From positions 2,144,001 through 2,208,000 of the forward strand of contig CBDFLJ010000002.1 of assembly GCA_965248835.1 (NCBI GenBank): DNA of 64,000 bases. Direction: 5' to 3'. The position numbers were made by a program, and so were the translations under genes. The notes under the pieces are model-generated. The model searched no databases. It had not been told where the DNA came from and saw only the letters and a program-made list of their open reading frames with translations. The stretch is from Alphaproteobacteria bacterium. GTDB lineage: Bacteria > Pseudomonadota > Alphaproteobacteria > MPNO01. Below are positions 1 to 8,104 of the stretch, piece by piece. Positions within the stretch are counted from its first letter, which is position 1, and each line of letters begins with the position of its first letter.

Positions 1-122
1 GCTGCGCCGATTGCCTGCTCGGCGATCTGATCGGGCGTCAGCGGCAGGTAGTCCGACATGGTCGGGGTGTGTATCGCGCCGGTCACCGCACAGGTAATGA
101 TGACCTTGCCGTTTTTCGCCAT
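1..122 (-). CDS. 3-keto-5-aminohexanoate cleavage enzyme family (BKACE/DUF849), N-terminal part; runs off the window start
   Basis: Manual translation from ATG at 122 gives MAKNGKVIITCAVTGAIHTPTMSDYLPLTPDQIAEQAIGA, the characteristic BKACE N-terminus (KVIITCAvTG..HTP.MS..LP.TP..IA). Not in the ORF track. Confidence 0.88.
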   Translation of the reverse strand, partial: MAKNGKVIITCAVTGAIHTPTMSDYLPLTPDQIAEQAIGA

Positions 123-136
123 TTTGCAGGCCTCCC

Positions 137-178
137 CAGTCCTCGAAAATCAGTCCTCGAAAATCAGTCCTCGAAAAT
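137..178. repeat. Perfect 3 x 14-bp tandem repeat CAGTCCTCGAAAAT
   Basis: Units at 137-150, 151-164 and 165-178. On the minus strand the unit is the end of the cyclase gene (ATT TTC GAG GAC TGA, IFED*). Confidence 0.95.
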
Positions 179-940
179 CGCCACCGCCCGGGTCCAGCCG
201 GCCGAGGCGCCCTTAATCTTCACCGGGAAGCAGGACACCATGAACCCGGTGTCGGGCAATTCCTCGAGGTTGCCCAGCTTCTCGATCTGGCAATAGCCGA
301 TGTCACGCCCGGCCTTGTGCCCCTCCCAGATGATGGAGGGATCGCCGGTCTCCTCCCAGCGTGTTTTGGTGTGGACGAACGGCGCATCCCAGCTCCAGCC
401 GTCGGTGCCGCAGATCCTGACGCCGCGCTTGGTCAGGTAGAGCGTCGCCTCGCGCCCCATGCCGCAGCCGCGCGCGACATAATCGTCCTCGCCGTAGCGT
501 GCGCCGGCGGCGGTGTTGACCAGAACGATGTCGAGCGGGGCAAGCGCATGGCCGATGCGGTCGAGTTCGGCCTCGATATCGGCTGCGGAGACGACATAGC
601 CGTCCTCGAAGCGGCGGAAGTCGAACTTGACCCCGGGCTGGAAGCACCAGTCGAGCGGCACCTCGTCTATGGTGATCGCCCTTTTCCCGCCGTCCATGGT
701 CGAATGGTAATGCCACGGCGCATCGACATGCGTGCCATTGTGGGTGGAAAGGCTGACCCATTCGATCGCCCAAGCTTCGCGGTCGGGGAGCTGTTCCGCC
801 GTCAGGCCGGGGAAGAAGTCGCACATCTGGTCGACCGTCTCGCCATGCGCCTGGTACCTGATCTCCGGCTGCATGAACGGAGGATCCGAAGCGATCCCCG
901 ATTCGAGCGGCACCGAGATATCGAGGATCCGTCTTGCCAT
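164..940 (-). CDS. Cyclase / kynurenine formamidase-like metal-dependent hydrolase
   Basis: True start MARRILDISVPL at 940; HNGTHVDAPWH matches the HxGTHxDxPxH cyclase motif; the start overlaps the stop of the upstream ADH. Confidence 0.9.
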   Translation of the reverse strand: MARRILDISVPLESGIASDPPFMQPEIRYQAHGETVDQMCDFFPGLTAEQLPDREAWAIEWVSLSTHNGTHVDAPWHYHSTMDGGKRAITIDEVPLDWCFQPGVKFDFRRFEDGYVVSAADIEAELDRIGHALAPLDIVLVNTAAGARYGEDDYVARGCGMGREATLYLTKRGVRICGTDGWSWDAPFVHTKTRWEETGDPSIIWEGHKAGRDIGYCQIEKLGNLEELPDTGFMVSCFPVKIKGASAGWTRAVAIFED

Positions 941-2055
941 CACGCGGGCTCCCTGGTGTCGATATGGATGTGGACGGGCTCCGGGCCGTCCCTGGTCTCG
1001 CGGCCCAGCACCTGGACGGCCTTCTCGGCCTCGCCGATCCTGTAGGAATGGGTACACATCACCTCGAGCTCGCGCCACCGCGCCTTGAGAATGTCGATCG
1101 CCTTGGCGGTGTCGGTCCAGTCCGAGGACAAGACCCCCAGCATCGAGATTTCCTTGTAGATCAGCCGGTCGGTATAGAAGTCGCCCAGCGCGTTGTCGGT
1201 CTTCAGCCCGGCAACCACGATGGTGCCGCCCTTGCGGACCATCTCGACGGCCTGGTGCAGCGGCTCGGTCGCGCCGGCCGAGACATCGACCACCACGTCG
1301 GCGCCGTGCCCGCCGGTCAGGTCCTTGACCCGGGCGACCGCGTCCTCTTCCTCGACGTTGATCGCCGCATCCGCGCCCAGTTGGCGGGCAAGCGCCAGCC
1401 GTTCGGCATCGGCCGCCGTGCCGGTGATGATCACCTGGGCTGCGCCGGCCTCGCGCGCGACGACGACGGCCAGCAGCCCGCGCTGGCCGGGGCCGGTGAT
1501 GACCACCGAATCGCCCGCCTTGGTGCCCGGACGCTCCCACGCCCAGCGGACGGCGTTCGACATCGGATTGAACAGGCTGAGCGGTGCCGTCGGCACGTCC
1601 TCGGGCGCCTTGTGCAGGCGGGTCCTTGGATGGAGATAGAGGTGGGAGGCATAGCCGCCCCACAGGCGCGGCGCGGTGTCGAAGCCGACGCGCAAACCGT
1701 ATCCCATACCGTTGTCGCACAGCACCATGCGATTGTCTTTGCAATACCGGCATTCGCCGCAGCCGATCGAGGTCTCGACGATCACCCGGTCGCCTTCCCT
1801 GACCCCCCAGCGCTCGAGCGCCTTGGCGCCGGCGCGGTCTATCCAGCCGAAGATCTCGTGGCCGGGGATGATGGGAAAGATCTGGGTCTGGGAAGCGCCC
1901 AGCCTCCCGTCATACTGCTCGTAGTCGGTGCCGCACAGACCCGCGGCTTCCATCTTGAGCACCCCGTCTTCGGGGCCGACCTCCGGGACCGCGACCTCGC
2001 GGTATTCGAAGCTCCGGGGCGCGGTCAGCACGGCCGCGAACGCGTTGTCGGGCAT
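940..2055 (-). CDS. Zinc-binding alcohol dehydrogenase (MDR family)
   Basis: Start MPDNAFAAVL; catalytic Zn motifs GLCGTD and GHE; structural Zn motif CGECRYC...C; GPGQRG nucleotide loop. Confidence 0.9.
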   Translation of the reverse strand: MPDNAFAAVLTAPRSFEYREVAVPEVGPEDGVLKMEAAGLCGTDYEQYDGRLGASQTQIFPIIPGHEIFGWIDRAGAKALERWGVREGDRVIVETSIGCGECRYCKDNRMVLCDNGMGYGLRVGFDTAPRLWGGYASHLYLHPRTRLHKAPEDVPTAPLSLFNPMSNAVRWAWERPGTKAGDSVVITGPGQRGLLAVVVAREAGAAQVIITGTAADAERLALARQLGADAAINVEEEDAVARVKDLTGGHGADVVVDVSAGATEPLHQAVEMVRKGGTIVVAGLKTDNALGDFYTDRLIYKEISMLGVLSSDWTDTAKAIDILKARWRELEVMCTHSYRIGEAEKAVQVLGRETRDGPEPVHIHIDTREPA

Positions 2056-2149
2056 TGCCGGGTCTCCCTGCGGTCGCCGTCTCGCGGTCCAGGCGCCGCA
2101 TGGCATTAAATCCGCCGCATGTGCGCCACGAGCCGGACCGGCGCGATCG

Positions 2150-2178
2150 GATCGGGACCGTTCTAGCACGGCCCGATC
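2150..2178. promoter_or_regulatory. Imperfect inverted repeat in a divergent intergenic region (possible operator)
   Basis: GATCGGGACCGT-tctagc-ACGGCCCGATC (one bulge) between the divergent ADH and thiolase genes. Confidence 0.3.
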
Positions 2179-2283
2179 GGAGCCGGCGAGACGGGGCGCG
2201 ACAGCGTCGGTACAAATGTCGCGCTCTTGAGGTATGCTGGCGCCCCTTTCTGCGCCGCCACCGGCCGTCACGGAGCGAAAATC

Positions 2284-3450
2284 ATGACCGCATGCATCGT
2301 GGGATGGTCCCACACCAAGTTCGGCAAGCACGACGGAATCGACATCGAATCCCTGATCACCGATGTGGCGGGCCGGGCGCTTCACGATGCCGGGGTGGAA
2401 CCGGCGGATGTCGACGAGATCTATATCGGGCTGTTCAACGGCGGGTTCGTAAAACAGGATTTCCCCTCATCGCTCGTGCTCCAGACCGATGACGCGCTGC
2501 GCTTCAAGCCGGCAACCCGGGTCGAGAACGCGTGCGCGACCGGATCGGCCGCGATCCACCAGGGGCTGAAGTCGATCGCCGCCCGGCAGGCGCGTATCGT
2601 GCTGGTTGTCGGTGTCGAGAAGATGACCGAGCTTGCCGGCGCCGCCATCGGCGAGGTGCTGACCAAGGCCGCCTATCTCAAGGAGGAAGGCGGCGAGTAC
2701 GGCAGCTTCGTGGATATCTTCGGGCGCATCGCCGAGCACTACTTCCAGCGCTATGGCGATCAGACCGATGCCCTGGCCAGGATCGCGGCGAAGAACCATG
2801 CCAACGGCGCAGCCAACCCGCTGGCCCATTTCCAGAAGGATCTGGGCTACGAATTCTGCCGCACGCCGTCGGACAAGAACCCGGTGGTCTCCGGCCCGCT
2901 CAAGCGGACCGACTGCTCACCGGTCACCGACGGCGCGGCCGCGCTGGTGCTGGCCGACATGGAGACCGCGCTTGGCCGGGACAAGGCGGTCGTCTTCCGG
3001 GCGGCGCGCCAGGTCAACGATTACCTGCCGCTCAGCCGGCGCGACCCGACCCGGTTCGAAGGGGTCGAGCGGGTCTGGCAGCAGGCCTTCGCGGACAGCG
3101 GACTGGCGCTGGACGACCTCGACATGCTGGAGGTCCATGACTGCTTCACCATCGCCGAGCTGATGATCTACGAGGCGATCGGCCTGACACCGCAGGGCCA
3201 GGGCGCGCGCGCGATCGAGCAGGGCTGGACCACCAAGGAGGGCAAGCTGCCGATCAACCCCTCCGGCGGGCTCAAATCGAAGGGCCATCCGATCGGGGCG
3301 ACCGGGGTGTCGATGCACGTGATGGCGGCAATGCAGGTGCGCGGCGAAGCCGGCGGGCTCCAGGTGCCGGGTGCGAAACTCGCCGGGGTGTTCAACATGG
3401 GCGGCTCGGCGGTCGCCAACTACGCCAGCATCGTCGAGCCGCTGCGCTGA
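2284..3450 (+). CDS. Thiolase / acetyl-CoA acetyltransferase (SCP2-type)
   Basis: Start MTACIVGWSHTKFGK; ENACATG (catalytic Cys), EVHDCF and GHPIGATG motifs. Confidence 0.92.
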   Translation: MTACIVGWSHTKFGKHDGIDIESLITDVAGRALHDAGVEPADVDEIYIGLFNGGFVKQDFPSSLVLQTDDALRFKPATRVENACATGSAAIHQGLKSIAARQARIVLVVGVEKMTELAGAAIGEVLTKAAYLKEEGGEYGSFVDIFGRIAEHYFQRYGDQTDALARIAAKNHANGAANPLAHFQKDLGYEFCRTPSDKNPVVSGPLKRTDCSPVTDGAAALVLADMETALGRDKAVVFRAARQVNDYLPLSRRDPTRFEGVERVWQQAFADSGLALDDLDMLEVHDCFTIAELMIYEAIGLTPQGQGARAIEQGWTTKEGKLPINPSGGLKSKGHPIGATGVSMHVMAAMQVRGEAGGLQVPGAKLAGVFNMGGSAVANYASIVEPLR

Positions 3451-3511
3451 GCCGCTCCGGCGGGAACGCGCGGCGTCCTGCGAAGGAGCATGGAAAGCCG
3501 CGGCCCTCGGC

Positions 3512-4150
3512 TCAATAGAGCCGGTTCTCGTACGAATCGCGGATCGAGGCCTCGATCTCTTCCAGGGGCTTGTCGCGGGCCCGCTGATCCTTGGTGATCT
3601 GGGCAAGCGAGGGGAAGGCGGAGCGTGCGATGACGGTCTGCGGATCCCACAGCTTGGCCCGCTTGATCGCCTTGGCGCAGTGGAAAAAGATCTCATCGAG
3701 ATCGATGAGAATGCCGTAGGCCGGGGCCCGGTCGCGCACCCGCATGTCGTCCAGCGCGTCCTTGTCATCGATCACCCGGGCACGGCCGGAGGCGCGCAGC
3801 ACCTCCTCGACCCCGGGCAGCAGGAAGATCAGCCCGACCGACTGACCGGAGTTCTCGATGATGTTCATCATCGTGTCGGCGCGCCGGTTGCCGGGGCGCT
3901 CGGGGATCAGGACGGTGCGGTGGTCGATCACCTTGACGAAGCCCGCCGGATCGCCGCGCGGGCTGACATCGGCGCGGCCGTCGGCGCCGACGGTGGAGAT
4001 GAACAGCATCGGCGACATCGCGATGAACTGCCGTGCGTGCTTGTCGAGCGCCGGCATCTCCTTGTTGACGATCAGGGGGGCCGGCTCGCCCACGCCGTCG
4101 CGCAGGACCTCCGGCTCGTCGATTGTGCTGAACGCGGCGGCGTCGCTCAT
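3512..4150 (-). CDS. Pyridoxamine 5'-phosphate oxidase-like FMN-binding protein (MSMEG_1061-type)
   Basis: Start MSDAAAFSTID; DVSPRGDPAGFV, PERPGNRRAD, FHCAKAIKRAKLWDP and the C-terminal ..RLY are typical of this family. Confidence 0.88.
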   Translation of the reverse strand: MSDAAAFSTIDEPEVLRDGVGEPAPLIVNKEMPALDKHARQFIAMSPMLFISTVGADGRADVSPRGDPAGFVKVIDHRTVLIPERPGNRRADTMMNIIENSGQSVGLIFLLPGVEEVLRASGRARVIDDKDALDDMRVRDRAPAYGILIDLDEIFFHCAKAIKRAKLWDPQTVIARSAFPSLAQITKDQRARDKPLEEIEASIRDSYENRLY

Positions 4151-4255
4151 GGTGGTGCTCCTTGCATCCGGATTTGCCGGAGTCTCTCTCGCCGGCGAGG
4201 CGCATGCAAGCCGCCAAGCTTGACGATCCGATCCCGGGTATGGGACGGAAGGGAC

Positions 4256-5770
4256 ATGAACCTTGCAAGCCTCCTGGTCAAATCGGCGCTGGCGCGGGCC
4301 GATCGGCCGGCGGTCGCGGTCGGCACCGGGACGGCCGCGACCTACCGCACGCTGGCCGCCCGGGCCGCCAGGATCGCAGCCGGGCTGCGCGGGATCCACG
4401 GCCTGGAGCCCGGCGACCGCGTCGCGCTGGCGATGAAGAACTGTCCTTCGTTCATCGAGACTCTTTTTGCGATCTGGCATGCCGGGCTGGTGGCGGTGCC
4501 GATGAACGCCAAGCTCCACCCCAAGGAGCACGCCTATATCCTGGAGAATTCCCAGGCACGGCTGTGCGTGGCCACCGCGGAGCTCGTGTCCGGCATCGCC
4601 GAGGAGGACCCGGGGCTCGACGCGCTGATCGAGGCCGACGGCCCCGAATACGAAGCGCTGACGCGCGCCCGGCCGATGGCGATGGTCGCTTCCTCCCCGG
4701 AGGACCTCGCGTGGCTGTTCTACACCAGCGGCACGACCGGGCGGCCCAAGGGCGCGATGCTGTCGCACCGCAATCTCCTGATGATGACGCTGAACTATTT
4801 CGCCGATGTCGATTCGGTCGGGCCCGGCGATGCGGTCATCCACGCGGCCCCGCTCAGCCACGGCTCGGGCCTCTACATGCTGCCTTTCATCGCCAAGGGC
4901 GCCTGCAACGTGATCCCGGCCTCCGGCGGCTTCGAGGCCGAGGAGTTCCTGTCGCTTGTGCCGTCCTGGCCGGGGACGGCGGCGTTCTTTGCGCCGACCA
5001 TGGTCACCAGGCTGATCAACGCGCCGTCGATCGGCACGGCGGATCTCGCCAACTTGCGGACCATCGTCTATGGCGGCGCGCCGATGTATGCCGAGGACTG
5101 CGTGCGGGCCCTGGATGCGCTCGGGCCTACGCTGGTGCAGATCTACGGCCAGGGCGAGGCGCCGATGACCATCACCGGCCTGCCGCGTGATGTCTATGAG
5201 GACCGCGACCATCCGCGCTACATGGCCCGGCTCGGCTCGGCGGGAGTCGCGCGCACGGACGTCGAGGTCCGCGTGGTCGATGCCGAGGACAAGGACGTTC
5301 CGGTCGGCGAGGTCGGCGAGGTCCTTGCCCGCGGCGACGTGGTGATGAAGGGCTACTGGCGCAATCCGGATGCGACCGCGGAGACCCTGCGCGGCGGCTG
5401 GCTGCATACCGGTGACATGGGCGCGTTCGATGAGGACGGGTACCTGACGCTGAAGGACCGCTCCAAGGACCTGATCATCTCCGGCGGGTCCAACATCTAT
5501 CCGCGCGAGGTCGAGGAGGTGCTGCTGCGCCACCCCGCCGTGCTGGAGGTCTCGGTCATCGGCAAGCCCGATCCGGACTGGGGCGAGTCGGTGATGGCCT
5601 TCGTCGTCGCCCGCCCCGGCGAGGCGCTGAGCGAGGCCGCGCTCGACCGGCTGTGCACCGAGCACATCGCCCGGTTCAAGCGGCCCAAGGCCTATCGGTT
5701 CATCGACGCGCTGCCCAAGAACAATTACGGCAAGGTGCTCAAGACCGCGCTGCGCGAACGGCCGGACTGA
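4256..5770 (+). CDS. AMP-dependent acyl-CoA synthetase / ligase
   Basis: Start MNLASLLVK; YTSGTTGRPKG, YGQGE, GWLHTGD and LPKNNYGKVLK motifs. Confidence 0.93.
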   Translation: MNLASLLVKSALARADRPAVAVGTGTAATYRTLAARAARIAAGLRGIHGLEPGDRVALAMKNCPSFIETLFAIWHAGLVAVPMNAKLHPKEHAYILENSQARLCVATAELVSGIAEEDPGLDALIEADGPEYEALTRARPMAMVASSPEDLAWLFYTSGTTGRPKGAMLSHRNLLMMTLNYFADVDSVGPGDAVIHAAPLSHGSGLYMLPFIAKGACNVIPASGGFEAEEFLSLVPSWPGTAAFFAPTMVTRLINAPSIGTADLANLRTIVYGGAPMYAEDCVRALDALGPTLVQIYGQGEAPMTITGLPRDVYEDRDHPRYMARLGSAGVARTDVEVRVVDAEDKDVPVGEVGEVLARGDVVMKGYWRNPDATAETLRGGWLHTGDMGAFDEDGYLTLKDRSKDLIISGGSNIYPREVEEVLLRHPAVLEVSVIGKPDPDWGESVMAFVVARPGEALSEAALDRLCTEHIARFKRPKAYRFIDALPKNNYGKVLKTALRERPD

Positions 5771-5778
5771 CCGCGGCG

Positions 5779-6867
5779 ATGCGCCTGGGCTTCTTCACCC
5801 AACCCGTCCATCCGATCGATCGCGACTACCGCACGGTGCTGGAGGAGGACCGCGAGGCGGTGCTGCTGGCCGACCGGCTGGGATATGAAGAGGCCTTCAT
5901 CGGCGAACACTACACCGATCTCGCCGAGCCGATCACCTCGTGTCTGATGTTCATCGCCTCGCTCGCGCGCGATGCGCCGCGCATCACCTTCGGCAGCGGG
6001 GTGGTCAATTTGCCAAGCTATCACCCGGCGATGATTGCCGGCCAGGTCGCGATGCTGGACCACATGCTCGAGGGCCGGTTCATTCTCGGCATCGGCCCCG
6101 GCGGGCTGCCGTCGGACATCGAGGTGTTCGGCAATCTCGATCTCGACCGCAACGCCAAGATGGCCGAAATCTTCGACCAGGTTCTGGCCCTCTGGAACGG
6201 CGATGCGCCCTATGACGTCGAAGGCCTCTACAACGCCTTCACCACCCGGCGGACGCTGCTCGCCGAGATCGGCCAGGGCATCGCACCCAGGCCGCGTCAA
6301 TTGCCCCATCCGCCGGTGGTCGTCACCGCGCTGGCGCCGGCCTCCGAGGGCATCGCCAGAGCGGCCGAGCGCGGTTGGACTCCGATCTCATCGAACTATG
6401 TCCAGGCGCGTGTCGTGGCGACCCATTTGCCCAAATACCTCGAAGGCTGCCGGCGCGGGGACCGCACGGCCGACCCGGCCGCGTGGCGGGTGGCCAAGTC
6501 GATCTTCGTCGCCGACGACGAGGCGACCGCGCAGGCCTATGCCAAATCCGCCGACGGCCCTTATGGCCATTACTTCCATTCGATCATCAAGAAACTCACC
6601 CGCGGCGGCCGGTTCGACCTGTTCAAGGACTCCGCGGATCTGCCCGACGAGGCGGTCTCGGTCGAGCGCTCGCTCGCCACGCAGGTCATCGCCGGCACGG
6701 TGCCCAGCGTCATCGACCAGATCCTGCGCTTGCGTGAGCAACTCGGCGCCTTCGGCACGCTGCTCTATACCGGCCACGATTGGCGCAACCCGCCGCTCGG
6801 CCGCCGTTCGATGGTGCTGATGGCCGAGGCGGTGATGCCGGGCGTCAACGCGGCGCTCGGCGAATAG
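5779..6867 (+). CDS. LLM-class (luciferase-like) flavin-dependent oxidoreductase
   Basis: Start MRLGFFTQPVHP; ADRLGYEEAFIGEHY and LDHMLEGRFILGIGPGGL motifs. Confidence 0.9.
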   Translation: MRLGFFTQPVHPIDRDYRTVLEEDREAVLLADRLGYEEAFIGEHYTDLAEPITSCLMFIASLARDAPRITFGSGVVNLPSYHPAMIAGQVAMLDHMLEGRFILGIGPGGLPSDIEVFGNLDLDRNAKMAEIFDQVLALWNGDAPYDVEGLYNAFTTRRTLLAEIGQGIAPRPRQLPHPPVVVTALAPASEGIARAAERGWTPISSNYVQARVVATHLPKYLEGCRRGDRTADPAAWRVAKSIFVADDEATAQAYAKSADGPYGHYFHSIIKKLTRGGRFDLFKDSADLPDEAVSVERSLATQVIAGTVPSVIDQILRLREQLGAFGTLLYTGHDWRNPPLGRRSMVLMAEAVMPGVNAALGE

Positions 6868-6884
6868 ATCCGGGCGCACGGCGC

Positions 6885-6986
6885 CTAAAGCATCAGCCCC
6901 ATTCGGCTGGGCAGCCACAGGGCGAGGCTCGGGAAAACCGTAAGGATCGCAAGGCGGACCATGTCGGCGATCAGGAAGGCGGTGAT
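6885..6986 (-). pseudogene. Orphan C-terminal remnant of a TRAP transporter large permease (DctM)
   Basis: Manual translation gives ITAFLIADMVRLAILTVFPSLALWLPSRMGLML*, matching the DctM last helix (..PF.IAD.vRL.lL..FP.i.LWLP). No start or upstream body is present. Confidence 0.72.
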
Positions 6987-7016
6987 GCGCGGGATCGATC
7001 CGTGCCGGCCGGCCGC

Positions 7017-7940
7017 TCAGCCGCAGCGGGCACCGGGCCCGACCCCCGCTTCGTCGGCGAATGCCGCGGCGGCCAGCTTGGCACCGCCTTCGCCGCGGGC
7101 GCGGCCGAGCCGGACCTGGCCGTCGGCGGCGGCGACAACCATCCCGTCGTCCTCGATCGCGACGATCTCGCCGGGAACGCCGCCGGTCCGCCCGGTCTTG
7201 CGCGAGTCGAAGAGCTGGACCTCCTTGCCGCCGATCGTGGTCCAGGCCCCGGGCGAGGGGTCGGCGCCGCGGATCAGGTTGTGGACCTCAGCCACCGGCC
7301 TGGACCAGTCGATCTCCACATCGGCCTTGCGGCACCAGCTCTCATAGGTCTTTTGGCTCTCGTCCTGGACGATCCTGGGCGCGGTGCCGGCGCGGACCAT
7401 GTCGATGCTTTCGATCATCGCCTCAACGCCGAGCGGGAACAGCTTGTCGAAATAGACTGTCCCCAAAGTGTCGTTCTCGCCGACCTCGACCTCCTTCTGC
7501 ATCAGGATCGGCCCGGTATCCAGGCCGTTGTCGGGCCAGAAGATCGACAGCCCGGTCTTCGTCGCGCCCTGGATGATCGGCCAGTTGATCGAACTCGGCC
7601 CGCGGTGGCGCGGCAGCAGCGAGGGGTGGTATTGGATGGTCCCCCTGGTGGGGATGTAGAGAAAGTCCTCGGGCACCAGCAGGGTGACGAACGCCATCAC
7701 CCCCAGATCAGGCTTCATCTCTCGGAATTGCTGCCATACCGCGGGCTCCTTGTAGGACGACGGCTGCAACAGCGGGATATCGCGCTCCAGCGCAGCTTCC
7801 TTGAGCGGGTCGGGGCGGGCGCCTTGCCTGTCCGGTGCGCAATAGACGGCGATCACGGTCTCACCGCGCTCCAGCAACGCCTCAAGAACCGCCTTGCCGA
7901 AGGCCTGCTGCCCGATCAAAGCGATATGCATGTCCGCCAT
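7017..7940 (-). CDS. Formyltransferase family protein (Fmt-like), resembling the 10-formyl-THF hydrolase domain of ALDH1L1
   Basis: Start MADMHIALIGQQAFG; YHPSLLPRHRGPSSINW, IFWPDNGLDTG and HNLIRGADPSPGAWT motifs. Confidence 0.85.
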   Translation of the reverse strand: MADMHIALIGQQAFGKAVLEALLERGETVIAVYCAPDRQGARPDPLKEAALERDIPLLQPSSYKEPAVWQQFREMKPDLGVMAFVTLLVPEDFLYIPTRGTIQYHPSLLPRHRGPSSINWPIIQGATKTGLSIFWPDNGLDTGPILMQKEVEVGENDTLGTVYFDKLFPLGVEAMIESIDMVRAGTAPRIVQDESQKTYESWCRKADVEIDWSRPVAEVHNLIRGADPSPGAWTTIGGKEVQLFDSRKTGRTGGVPGEIVAIEDDGMVVAAADGQVRLGRARGEGGAKLAAAAFADEAGVGPGARCG

Positions 7941-8104
7941 GGCCGATTCACCCTCCCCTTCTGAGGATTTGTTCGACCATAGACCAGCACGCGAAGGCTC
8001 GCCATAGCGGGCCTCGCGACACTGAGGGATGCGGCCATCGCGCACCCGCGCGGGCGCGCGTAAGATGGCCTGCAACAAGGCGGAAGAATGCGGAAACGGA
8101 CGGG

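Noticed and set aside
164-1753. ORF-track 529-aa protein and similar N-terminally extended calls (3371-5770, 13538-15568, 23693-25450, 40989-42836)
   Set aside because: The extensions overlap other genes and are low-complexity Arg/Gly/Pro-rich; family similarity starts at the internal starts I used.
2101-2115. Possible sigma54 site TGGCATTAAATCCGC
   Set aside because: The -12 element is CCGC rather than TTGC; too weak without other support.
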